Source: Eledone cirrhosa (Eukaryota). From it: 64,000 nt of DNA. The position numbers and the translations under genes are program-made. Numbering within the stretch: the stretch's first letter is position 1; each line of letters begins with the position of its first letter. Under the pieces are notes generated by a model. It was not told the origin of the DNA, searched no databases, and was given only the letters and a program-made list of their open reading frames with translations. Below are positions 23,712 through 36,300 of this stretch, piece after piece. The stretch is taken from contig OZ024748.1 of the NCBI GenBank assembly GCA_964016885.1, positions 37,138,001 to 37,202,000 of the forward strand, given 5' to 3'.

Positions 23712-24743
23712 TGTTTTGAAATTGTTCCATGAGGTGTTCCCTTGAAAAGTCGGCAAACCTCACAAAAATGTTACATCTCTATGATATAGGATTTTTGCAT
23801 AGTAGTCACGAAACTGTACAGTCGGGTATTTGAAGAAAAAATGGGTATTTATTTATGTGTAATATTTCTTCTTTCTTTATAATATATTACATAGCTCTGA
23901 TATAGAGTCAATTTAATTATTCCGATTATCTTGTCTCTCTTAATCATAGAGTAACACTGGTTAAGGTTGACAACACACAATCTCACATACTTGTGAAAAA
24001 TGTATGTGTATATATGCATGTATATGTATGTATACACATATATCTGTACGTCCCTTTACGATCTGAGTTCAAATCCCGCCGAGGTTGACTTTGCCTTTCA
24101 TCCTTACGGGGTCGATAAAATAAAGTACCAGTAATGCACTGGGTAATTGCTGGCCTTGTGCCTAAAGTAGAAACAATTATTGTCTATAACTCCCTCGCGG
24201 TAGAGTAACCACTGAAGTATAGTGACTGATTTCAAGCTAACACTATTTACACTTCTAGTCTTCCTTACCCTCCTTCTGTAGCCTCTGCCTCATATTAATA
24301 TCCCCTCCGCCTTCTGTGATATTGTTCATTGCTACAAGGGATTTAGCCCCATTTCTTGACCACTGTATCAGGTGATAGGGTCTCTCTCCGCCTTTTCGAA
24401 ATTCTTTCGCGCGATGAACTCCTGTTTTGAAATTTTTCCATGAGGTATTCTCTTGAAAAGTTGGCAAACCTCACAAAAATGTTGCATCTCTATTATATAG
24501 GATTTTTGCTTAGTAGCCACGAAACTGTACAGTCGGGTATTTGAAGAAAAAATGGGTATTTATTTATGTCTAATATTTCTTCTTTCTTTATAATATATTA
24601 CATAGCTCTGATATAGAGTCAATTTAATTATTCCGATTATTTTGTCTCTCATAATCATAGAGCAACACTGGTTAAGGTTGGCAACACACAATCTCACATA
24701 CTTGTAAAAAATGTATGTGTATATATACATGTATTTGTATGTA
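23712..24743. repeat. Direct duplication of about 320 bp (23712-24031 and 24423-24743)
   Basis: Both start TGTTTTGAAATT..CCATGAGGT and stay colinear with scattered substitutions. Confidence 0.9.
24062..24182 (+). mobile_element. tRNA-derived SINE, 3' part
   Basis: B box GAGTTCAAATCCC then GACTTTGCCTTTCATCCTTACGGGGTCGATAAA; nearly identical to 25426-25546. Confidence 0.85.
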
Positions 24744-24745
24744 TC

Positions 24746-25165
24746 CCAGTACAACCTGTCTCATGGTCGGGTCGTTGGCGACTAAACTTGCAACCCGACC
24801 AAGGTTTCTTGGTGAGGAGGGTGACTTTGGACATCCTGCAGGACTAAAAACAAAACCTGTCAAAGGGCAAAGGAGCTCTTAAGAGTCAATGGCCATCCAA
24901 AATTACCGGGAGAGATGACCCCTTAGCCCTTGTCAAGGCAGAATTCTAGGAGAAGGAAAACTCTGATATAACACCTGCAACCCTGATGGTATCCAATGAT
25001 GTTGACTTGTTCTTCTTTTTGGTAAATATCATCTTGGTTAAGAGAGTGGGACTGGCTTTGTGCAGTGCCTTTGCTCACTATAAAAGCTTCACAGCACAGG
25101 CATTGCTTTATATCTGGAGATCTCTCTGCACTTGTCGTCACATGGTACCATGGGCCCAGCACTAG
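24746..25165 (+). mobile_element. Probable RTE-clade LINE 5'UTR remnant
   Basis: CTAGGAGAAGGAAAACTCTGA resembles a motif I recall from RTE 5'UTRs; no ORF remains. Confidence 0.35.
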
Positions 25166-25369
25166 GTGTCAATAATTGTCACAAGTGTAGTGTTTGTACC
25201 AGAGTTTTCAAGTCGCTGGCTGGACTAAAAAGTCACACTCATTCAGCGCATCGGTAGGGGTTCTCCTACATGGATATAAAGTAGTGGCCGTACTCGAAAA
25301 CGAGTTGGCAGCCACCATATGTATGTATACACATATATCTGTGTACCTCTCATTATTGTATATATATAA

Positions 25370-25542
25370 GGGCGGTAGAGAGTCGGACGCCATGTTTTGA
25401 CGCATAGAGTTACGGCCCTTGCCATTCTGAGTTCAAATCCCGCCGAGGTTAACTTTGCCTTTCATCCTTACGGGGTCGATAAAATAAAGTACCAGTAATG
25501 CACTGGGTAATTGCTGGCCTTGTGCCAAAAGTAGAAACAATT

Positions 25543-25546
<4 letters not shown>
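25370..25546 (+). mobile_element. tRNA-derived SINE with A-box deletion
   Basis: Head GGCGGT-AGAGAGTCGGACGCCATG lacks GAATTGGCAGTATCGGT relative to the copy at 1-44; B box and body present; ends in (TA)n. Confidence 0.85.
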
Positions 25547-25614
<68 letters not shown>

Positions 25615-25689
25615 ATATACATATATATATCGTATATATATGGTGTTACACCTCTATTCTTTTAAATATATATATATATATATATATAT

Positions 25690-26432
25690 ATAATAAAATA
25701 TAGAGAAAAATACTGCAGGTAGCACATGGATAACATGTAATAAAATGAGTCCCTCATCAGTGATTTGCCGAAGATCATAGATATTTCATTGCATTAAAAA
25801 TCATATACCTCACGTCGGTGCAATAATAACCAAAATAAGTTATTAGGACAATTAAAACACGTAAAGCGAGTGAGACAGGAGAACAACAGAGTATGGCTAA
25901 CCAGGGGAAAGAAACAAGCTTCAAAAATTATTCTGTTTAGCATAAGCTAGGTGAATATATGAGCGCTTTTAGAACAGACCCGACACGAGCGAAGGCTATG
26001 AGCGGAGAAAGAAAAATAGCCTTCGTGGTGTACAGGATGAAATGAAGAGAAGAGAGAGAAACAGTGAGTGAGTGAAAGTGTGAGGAAGAGTTAACTGACA
26101 TGACAGAGGGGGAGAAACAGAGAGAATGGGGAACAGTAAGAGAGAGAGAAAAAAACACAGAATCGCAGTGGTAAATATATATAATAAAATATAGAGAAAA
26201 ATACTTATCCATGTGCTACCTGCAGTATTTTTCTCTATATTTTATTACATATATTTGCCACTGCGATTCTGTGTTTTCTTCTCTCTCTCTGTTCTCCTGT
26301 CTCACTCGCTTTACGCGTTTTAATTGTCCTAATAACTTATTTTGGTTATTATTGCACCGACGTGAGGTATATGATTTTTAATGCAATGAAATATCTATGA
26401 TCTTCGGCAAATCACTGATGAGGGACTCATTT

Positions 26433-26436
<4 letters not shown>
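25690..26436. mobile_element. Subfamily B unit (minus, 25690-26205) joined to an inverted, internally deleted copy (plus, 26205-26436)
   Basis: Matches the 16705-17665 units; 26207 onward is the reverse complement of the unit; (TA)n on both sides. Confidence 0.82.
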
Positions 26437-26476
<40 letters not shown>

Positions 26477-26513
26477 TAAAGCATGTCTACGTGTATGTAT
26501 ATATATATGTAAA

Positions 26514-26544
<31 letters not shown>

Positions 26545-26579
26545 TCCTACTGACCATCCCTCTACCACGAATTACTCTG

Positions 26580-26654
<75 letters not shown>

Positions 26655-27169
26655 TCTTAATAGGCATTTGAACTGTCAACAGGCTGCGGTTCGCACACAC
26701 ATCCCTGCTGACCATTATCATAAAAACGAACCTCTTTACTACTACTACACACACACACACACACACATATTTGTTGTGAAAGACTTATTTTTCACTGACT
26801 TCTCAATCAGCCGACACAAACCTACATTTGGCGCAAAATCAATTTTTGACATTCACATGACCTCTACCGACCAATCAAAATTGTTTTGACCACAAGAATT
26901 TTTGCAACACGAATTGGCGCGAAACTTATTTTAATACCGCTGGAGCCACTTTCTTCACATAAAAACAGGTAGAATTTCCAAAACTAATCAGATCAGAGCA
27001 AACATCACGAACGCTCTATCTCAAAATTATTTTTGAAAAGCATTAGAAATGCGCAACCGGTAAAACTTAAAACCAAAACTGAATACTAACCATTACTAAT
27101 TCTCACTTATTCCTAATTAAACTATTTTTCACTGTGAACAATTTGTCAGCATTTTCTTTTCCGTTTACC

Positions 27170-27229
<60 letters not shown>

Positions 27230-27694
27230 GAAACAATATATTTATGTGTAATATGGTTTAAGTAAATCTTGGTATGGGTATTATTAAAGTTCTGAATTCA
27301 AATATCCGCCTCTGTTTTGAAACACGGAGCAAACGAACCATTGATTTTACGTCTAATTGGTGACTTCATCTGTTATAAATAGCAGCCAATTCTTTCATAT
27401 ATCCTTCAGTCTTAAAAATAGAAGGACGTATTTGATAATAGTTGATGTAGTCTTCAAAATGGCGTCGTAACCACAACTGGAATAGCTTGGTTCCTAGGTC
27501 AAATCTAAGTGCTTTGTATGTATGGTTCCGTAACTCTTGATAGAATCGTAGGAGCGCCGTACTGATATACGGCGTTTCTTGGGCATTTTTAAGCCTAGCA
27601 GAGCCCATCTCTTTCCAGGCCTGAGTACAGCAAATTTCTTCCAGGGAAAGATAGAAAGTGAGAGAGAGGAAATGAGAAAGAGATATAGAAGAAG

Positions 27695-27799
27695 ATTGAC
27701 CCCAGTACTAGGCTGGTACTTTTATTAACGACCTAGAAAGGAACGAATACCCTAAAGCATTCTATCCGACATTCTAACGAATCTGCCAATTCACCGTCT
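27695..27799 (-). mobile_element. Internally deleted tRNA-derived SINE
   Basis: CTGCCAATTCACCG head as at 26-39; CTGGTACTTTTATT..CGACC body. Confidence 0.7.
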
Positions 27800-28209
27800 G
27801 AGAACTGCTTTAGTGAGACTAAATAAAAAAAACAACAACGGTGGCCCCAAAAGGTCTCCGAAATTCTGTGTCATATAACAGAAATATAGTCACTTAATAC
27901 AATGATAGCAAAAATATTAAACCCTTCGACACTATTATATATTTACTTGGGTACATTTTCAAAGGTAACACATGTAGGACTTTATAATAAAATGGGAGCA
28001 TGATGTATTTATAGTCACGGAGCCTGCTTAAATAGACCCCAGAGAAGACGCTACTAACAGATGGCATTTGTTGATAGCTTCTAGAATATGTTTCGATTAG
28101 GTTTACTAATGCCAGAAACAGACTTTCACTGGTGTGTATATATAATATACACTGATGTGTGTATATAATATACACTGATGTGCGTATATAATATTGCTCT
28201 CTTATATTC

Positions 28210-28575
28210 TGTATGTATATATCTATATACACACATATTATGTATACATGTACACAAATTATGTATACATGTACACACACATATTATGTATATGTACACA
28301 TATTATGTATACATGTACACACACATATTATGTATATTATGTATACATGTACACACTCATATTATGTATACATGTACACACACATATTGTGTATATGTAC
28401 ACATATTATGTATACATGTACACACACATATTGTGTATATGTACACATATTATGTATATGTACACATATTATGTATACATGTACACACACATATTATGTA
28501 TATGTACTCATATTATGTATACATGTACACACACATATTATGTATACATGTATATGTACACAAACATTATGTATA
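28210..28575. repeat. Minisatellite, about 25-bp TATGTATACATGTACACACACATAT units and shorter variants
   Basis: Directly visible. Confidence 0.9.
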
Positions 28576-28744
28576 TATTATATATATCAATATGTCTATA
28601 TATATCTTAGTCTCTCTCTCTCTCAGTGATGTAGCCCCAGGGTGGGGCATGTGTGGGACTGAAGAAAGGTGAAGAACCGAGCCAGAGTCGTAAAAATATC
28701 AATTCAAGTGATTTATTGCTGGAGGTATTTCTGAGATGATGTGG

Positions 28745-30034
28745 AGGGGGGGGTGATGGTGGTGGTGGTGGTGGTGGTGGTAGGTGGTGTTGGTGGTGGT
28801 GATGGGATGGTGGTGGTAGTGGTGGTGATGGTAGGTGGTGTTGGTGGCAATGGGATGGTGGTGGTGGTGGTGGTGGTAGGTGGTGGTGGTGATGGTAGGT
28901 GGTGGTGGTGGTGATGGGATGGTGGTGGTAGTGGTGGTGATGGTAGGTGGTGTTGGTGGCGATGGTGGTGGTGGTGGTGGTGGTGGTGGTGGTGGTGGTG
29001 GTGGTGGTGGTGATGGTAGGTGGTGTTGGTGGTGGTGATGGGATGGTGGTGGTAGTGGTGGTGATGGTAGGTGGTGTTGATGGCGATGGTGGTGGTGGTG
29101 TTGGTGGTGGTGATGGGATGGTGGTGGTAGTGGTGGTGATGGTGGTGTTGGTGGTGGTGATGGGATGGTGGTGGTAGTGGTGGTGGTGTTAGTGTTGGTG
29201 GTGTTAGTGATGTTGGGATGGTGGTGGTGATGGTGGTGAAGGTGGCAATGGGATGGTGGTGTTGGTGGTGATTGTGTTGGTGTTAGTGGTGGTGATGGTG
29301 GTGTTGGTGGTGGTGATGGGATGGTGGTGGTAGTGGTGGTGGTGGTGGTGATGGTGGTGATGGTGGGGATGGGATGGTGGTGTTGGTGGTGATGGTGGTG
29401 TTGTTGGTGGTGATAGTAGTGGTGGTGATGGTGGTGGTGATGGTGGAGATGGTGGTGTTGGTAGTGATGATGGTGGTGTTGGTGGTGGTGATGGAATGGT
29501 GGCGGTAGTGGTGGTGGTGGTGGTGATGGTGGTGATGGTGGTGATGGGATGGTGGTGTTGGTGATGATGGTGATGATGGTGATGGTGATGATGATGATGG
29601 TGTTGATGATGATGGTGATGATGGTGATGATGGTGATGATGGTGGTGATGGTGGTGATGGTGATGATGGCATGGTGGTTGTAGTGGTGGTGGTGGTGATG
29701 GTGGTGATGGTGGCAATGGGATGGTGGTGTTGGTGGTGGTGATGGGATGGTGGTGGTAGTGGTGGTGGTGATGGGATGGTGGTGGTAGTGGTGGTGGTGA
29801 TGGTGGCAATGGAATGGTGGTGTTGGTGATGGTGGAGGTGGTGGTGTTGATGAGGAGGAGTAGGAGGAGGATGAAAGGGATTAGAAACATCAAGAGAATG
29901 ATGAGCAGAAGAGGGGGTACGGGAGGAGGAGGAGGGTGAGGAGGGGGGTGAGGAGGGGGTGGGGGTTAAGTTGAACATTTTCCAAATAAACAAGACAATT
30001 AACTTGCCAAAGTTCGACAGGTTGATATTGTTGA

Positions 30035-30065
<31 letters not shown>

Positions 30066-30450
30066 GGTGATGGTGGTGGTGCTGGTGCTGGTGCTGGTGC
30101 TGGTGTAGGTGATGGTGGTGAGGGTGATGGTGGTGATGGTGGTGTAGGTGATGGTGGTGGTGGTGGTGGTGGTGTAGGTGATGGTGGTGGTGCTGGTGGT
30201 GGTGCTGGTGGTGCTGGTGTAAGTGATGGTGGTGATGGTGATGGTGGTGATGGTGGTGATGGTGATGGTGGTGGTGGTGTGGGGGTGGTTGTGGTGGTGT
30301 GCGGCTGTAGGTGGTGGGGGATGATGGAGTAGTTGAGGATGGCGGCTATGGTTGTGATGGTTGTGGTGTTAGTAGTGTTAGTAGCGGTAGTGGTAGTAGT
30401 ATCAGTGGTGGTAGTAGTAGTGGTGGTAGTATCAGTGGTGGAGGTGGTAT
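28745..30450. repeat. (GGT)n/(GAT)n-rich degenerate trinucleotide tract
   Basis: Directly visible; source of the poly-V, poly-H and poly-P ORFs. Confidence 0.95.
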
Positions 30451-30603
30451 ATTTGTAGTATTAGTGGTAGAGCTGCTGCTGATACTGAAAGTCGTGTAAG
30501 TGAAGGTACAATAATAAAGGACATAAATCTGTCAGTTAAATTGATGTTTAACTAGAAACACACATACACGCGTATACATACAAATATATATATACACCCA
30601 TAC

Positions 30604-30675
<72 letters not shown>

Positions 30676-31029
30676 CTGTGTGTGTGTGTGTGTGTATGTG
30701 TGTGTGTGTATTCCTTAAACTGCTTCAGTCATTGTACTGCGGTCATTCTGCGGTTTTCACTTAATGGATTAACTTTGTTTCTTTGTACCGACTCCAGTAG
30801 TTGGATATTCAACACCATATACCACCATATACCACCATATAACACTATATAACACACTATAACACCATATAACATCATATAAACATGATATAACACTATA
30901 TAAACACCATATAAATATCATATATCACGTTATAAATATCAGGACAGTATTTAACAGCAAATCGGGTACATTGGTTTCGAACAACACCTCCATCAGGAGA
31001 GTTCACACTTAAGAACTGTGACAGGGAAT

Positions 31030-32290
31030 ATATAACTGGACATTTGACCTTCTGGTACAATAATATAACTGGATATTTTACCTCCTGGTACAATAATATA
31101 ACTGGACATTTTACCTTCTGGTACAATAATATAACTGGACATTTTACCTCCTGGTACAATAATATAACTGGACATTTTACCTTCTGGTACAATAATATAT
31201 AACTGCACATTTGACCTTCTGGTACGATTATACAACAGAACATTTGACCTTCTGGTACAATAATATAGCTGGACATTTGACCTTCTGGTACAATAATATA
31301 ACTGGACATTTTACCTTCTGGTACAATACTATAACTGGACATTTTACCTTCTGGTACAATAATATATAACTGGACATTTGACCTTCTGGTACGATAATAC
31401 AACAGGACATTTGACCTTCTGGTACAATAATATAGCTGGACATTTGACCTTCTGGTACAATAATATAACTGGACATTTTACCTTCTGGTACAATACTATA
31501 ACTGGACATTTTACCTTCTGGTACAATAATATATAACTGGACATTTGACCTTCTGGTACGATAATACAACTGGACATTTGACCTTCTGGTACAATAATAT
31601 ATAACTGGACATTTTACCTTCTGGTACAATAATATATAACTGCACATTTGACCTTCTGGTATGATAATACAACTGGACATTTGACCTTCTGGTACAATAA
31701 TATAGCTGGACATTTGACCTTCTGGTACAATAATATAACTGGACATTTGACCTTCTGGTACAATAATATAACTGGACATTTTACCTTCTGGTACAATACT
31801 ATAACTGGACATTTTACCTTCTGGTACAATAATATATAACTGGACATTTGACCTTCTGGTACGATAATACAACTGGACATTTGACCTTCTGGTACAATAA
31901 TATATAACTGGACATTTGCCCTTCTGGTACAATAATATAACTGGACATTTGACCTTCTGGTATAATTATATATAGCTGGACATTTGACCTTCTGGTACAA
32001 TAATATATAACTGGACATTTGACCTTCTGGTACGATAATACAACTGGACATTTGACCTTCTGGTACAATAATATAGCTGGGCAATTCACCTTCTGGTACA
32101 ATAATATAACTGGAGATTTGACCTTCTGGTACAATAATATAACTGGACATTTGACCTTCTGGTACAATAATATATAGCTGGACATTTGACCTTCTGGTAC
32201 AATAATATATAACTGGACATTTGACCTTCTGGTACAATAATATAGCTGGACAGGACAATTGACCTTCTGGTAAGGAATATATAACTGGAC
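31030..32290. repeat. 33/35-bp minisatellite TAACTGGACATTTGACCTTCTGGTACAATAATA(TA)
   Basis: Roughly 37 tandem units. Confidence 0.95.
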
Positions 32291-32927
32291 AAACACCGCA
32301 CGACGTTCCATCCGTCGCTCTAACGAGTCTACTAAACAGATACAGTAGTTATAAACAATGTTTGAATATTTTACTTATTTTACTCAATGTTCGTTATGAT
32401 CTAAACACATCAGTTTCTCCGTAAAGGAATGATATATTCGGATAATGGTGAATTATATATTCCGAGAATTGTCAAGTGTATATTCTGAGAACGGTGAATT
32501 TCCTATTTGTTCCAAGCGAGATATTCCAAAATATTTTAACATTCTTACAGATTCTCCAACTTCATTCTGATTGGGTTTTCTCTTCGTACTCATTAAAGTC
32601 ATATTAGCAGAATTATAGAATTAATTATGTTATTATAAATAACTCGCATAGACCCAAGGCTTTATTCTAAAATGTAATTAATTTAGAAATTTCCATATGA
32701 AATTACTTTAGGCTAAACGAATCAGACTTCCTCATAACACAAACAACATGGCTGAACCTGACATGACGCAAGGCGCCATCTTTAGTGTAGTTTCATATTC
32801 TGTTTAGTGAAGGATAGAAGGGCAGTGGCCATGACCCTTTGTGGGGCCTCAAGAATGGTGTGAAAAAGGGATAGAAGTATCCTCAAACCGGAGACTTGGG
32901 TTGAGGACTTCAATAAAGCTACACAGA

Positions 32928-33032
32928 AGCCAGGTGGGTACTTCGTACATATATTTTATTATCTCTGATTAATAAGTATCGAATAAAATTATCAGAGATA
33001 ATAAACTATATGTACGAAACTATCACCTGGCT
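32928..33032. repeat. Imperfect palindrome (about 42-bp arms) at the satellite border
   Basis: AGCCAGGTG..TTCGTACATATA..ATTATCTCTGAT versus ATCAGAGATAAT..TATATGTACGAA..CACCTGGCT. Confidence 0.85.
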
Positions 33033-33047
33033 GTTGGGTTAACAACC

Positions 33048-33390
33048 TCTAGACTAACACTGTATGGATCAATGTTACTGTTAACTAACTTTACATCTAC
33101 ACTATATGGCTTAGTGTTACTGTTAACTAACTTTACATCTAGAGGGTATGGCTTAGAGTTACTGTTAACTAACTTTATATATAGAGTATATGGTTTAGTG
33201 TTAATGTTAATTAAGTTTACATCTAGAGTGTAAGGCTTAGTGTTACTGTTAACTAACTTTACATCCAGAGTAAATGGCTTAGTGTTACTGTTAACTAACT
33301 ACACATCGAGGGTGTATGGCTTAGTGTTACTGTTAAATAACTGTAAAATACTGTTAATTAACAGCGTATGGGCTAGTCTTAGTGTTAACT
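33048..33390. repeat. Diverged 42-bp satellite variant, about 8 units
   Basis: ACTGTTAACTAACTTTACATCTAGAGTGTATGGCTTAGTGTT with period 42. Confidence 0.88.
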
Positions 33391-36300
33391 AATTCTAGAT
33401 CTGGTATGACAATGTTAGTGTCAGTGTTAACTACCTCTAGATCTAGTATGACAATGTTATTGTCAGTGTTAACTACCTCTAGATCTAGTATGACAATGTT
33501 AGTGTCAGTGTTATCTACCTCTAGATCTAGTATGACAATGTTAGTGTCAGTGTTAACTACCTCTAGATCTGGTATGAAATTGTCAGTGTCAGTGTTAACT
33601 ACCTCTAGATCTAGTATGACAATATCAGTGTCAGTGTTAACTACCTCTAGATCTAGTATGACAATGTTAGTGTCAGTGTTAACTACCTCTAGATCTAGTA
33701 TGACAATGTTAGTGTCAGTGTTAACTACCTCTAGATCTAGTATGACAATGTTAGTGTCAGTGTTAACTAGCTCTAGATCTAGTATGACAAGGTTAACTAC
33801 CTCTAGATCTAGTATGACAATGTTAGTGTCAGTGTTAACTAGCTCTAGATCTAGTATGACAATGTTAACTACCTCTAGATCTAGTATGACAATGTCAGTG
33901 TCAGTGTTACCTACCTCTAGATCTAAGGTGACAATGTTAGTGTCAGTGTTAACTACCTCTAGATCTAGTATGACAATGTTAGTGTCAGTGTTAACTACCT
34001 CTAGATCTAGTATGACAATGTTAGTGTCAGTGTTAACTAGCTCTAGATCTAGTATGACAAGGTTAACTACCTCTAGATCTAGTATGACAATGTTAGTGTC
34101 AGTGTTAACTAGCTCTAGATCTAGTATGACAATGTTAACTACCTCTAGATCTAGTATGACAATGTCAGTGTCAGTGTTAACTACCTCTAGATCTAGTATG
34201 ACAATGTCAGTGTCAGTGTTACCTACCTCTAGATCTAGTATGTCAGTGTCAGTGTTAACTACCTCTAGATCTAGTGTGACAATGTCAGTGTCAGTGTTAA
34301 CTACCTCTAGATCTAGTATGACAATGTCAGTGTCAGTGTTAACTACCTCTAGATCTAGTATGACAATGTCAGTGTCAGTGTTAACTACCTCTAGATCTAG
34401 TATGACAATGTCAGTGTCAGTGTTAACTACGTCTAGAACTAGTATGACGATGTTAGTGTCATGGTTAACTACCTCTAGATCTAGTATGACAATGTCAGTG
34501 TCAGTGTTAACTACCTCTAGATCTAGTATGACAATGTCAGTGTCAGTGTTAACTACCTCTAGATCTAGTATGACGATGTTAGTGTCAGTGTTAACTACCT
34601 CTAGATCTGGTATGACAATGTCCGTGTCAGTGTTAACTACCTCAAGATCGAGTGTGACAATGTTAGTGTCAGTGTTAACTACCTGTAGATCTAGTATGAC
34701 AATGTTAGTGTCAGTGTTAACTACCTCTAGATCTAGTATGACAATGTTAGTGTCAGTGTTAACTACCTCTAGATCTAGTATGACAATGTCTGAGTTAACT
34801 ACCTCTAGATCTAGTATGACAATGTTAGAGTCAGTGTTAACTACCTCTAGATCTAGTATGACAATGTCAGTGTCAGTGTTAACTACCTCTAGATCTAGTA
34901 TGACAATGACAGTGTCAGTGTTAAGTACCACTAGATCTAGTGTGACAATGTCAGTGTCAGTGTTAACTACCTCTAGATCTAGTATGACAATGTCTGAGTT
35001 AACTACCACTAGATCTAGTATGACAATGTCAGTGTCAGTGTTAACTACCACTAGATCTAGTATGACAATGTCAGTGTCAGTGTTAACTACCACTAGATCT
35101 AGTGTGACAATGTCAGTGTCAGTGTTAACTACCTCTAGATCTAGTATGACAATGTCAGTGTCAGTGTTAACTACCACTAGATCTAGTATGACAATGTCAG
35201 TGTCAGTGTTAACTACCACTAGATCTAGTATGACAATGTCAGTGTCAGTGTTAACTACCACTAGATCTAGTATGACAATGTCAGTGTCAGTGTTAACTAC
35301 CTCTAGTTCTAGTAAGACAATGTCAGTGTCAGTGTTAACTGCCTCTAGATCTAGTATGACAATGTCAGTGTCAGGGTTAACTACCTCAAGATCTAGTGTG
35401 ACGATGTTAGTGTCAGTGTTAACTACCTCTAGATCTAGTATGACAATGTCAGTGTCAGTGTTAACTACCTCTAGATCTAGTGTGACAATGTCAGTGTCAG
35501 TGTTAACTACCTCTAGATCTAGTATGACAATGTCAGTGTCAGTGCTAACTACCTCTAGATCTAGTATGACAATGTCAGTGTCAGTGTTAACTACCTCTAG
35601 ATCTAGTGTGACAATGTCAGTGTCAGTGTTAACTACCTCTAGATCTAGTATGACAATGTCAGTGTCAGGGTTAACTACCTCTAGATCTAGTATGACAATG
35701 TTAGTGTCAGTGTTAACTACGACTAGATCTAGTATGACAATGTTAGTGTCAGTGTTAACTACCTCTAGATCTAGTATGACAATGTTAGTGTCAGTGTTAA
35801 CTACCACTAGATCTAGTATGACAATGTCAGTGTCAGTGTTAACTACCACTAGATCTAGTATGACAATGTTAGTGTCAGTGTTAACTACCACTAGATCTAG
35901 TATGACAATGTCAGTGTCAGGGTTAACTACCTCAAGATCTAGTGTGACAATGTTAGTGTCAGTGTTAACTAACTCTAGATCTAGTATGACAATGTTAGTG
36001 TCAGTGTTAACTACCACTAGATCTAGTATGACAATGTCAGTGCCAGGGTTAACTACCTCGAGATCTAGTATGACAATGTTAGTGTCAGTGTTATCTACCT
36101 CTAGATCTAGTATGACAATGTCAGTGTCAGTGTTAACTACCTCTAGATCTAGTATGACAATGTCAGTGTCAGTGTTATCTACCTCGAGATCTAGTATGAC
36201 AATGTCAGTGTCAGTGTTAACTACCTCTAGATCTAGTATGACAATGTCAGTGTCAGTGTTAACTACCTGTAGATCTAGTATGACAATGTCAGTGACAGTG

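Noticed and set aside
28947-30499. Poly-His, poly-Pro and poly-Val ORFs
   Set aside because: Products of the (GGT)n tract; no unique coding context.
30760-30815. Minus-strand NIQLLESVQR resembling the CR1/L2 C-terminus
   Set aside because: Too short to call.
30896-32311. Repetitive ORFs (IIVPEGQMSSY) and CRISPR-like repeat length
   Set aside because: 33/35-bp tandem units shift frame constantly and have no unique spacers; it is a minisatellite.
32928-33032. Hammerhead within the palindrome (CGAAAC present)
   Set aside because: No CTGANGA box in register.
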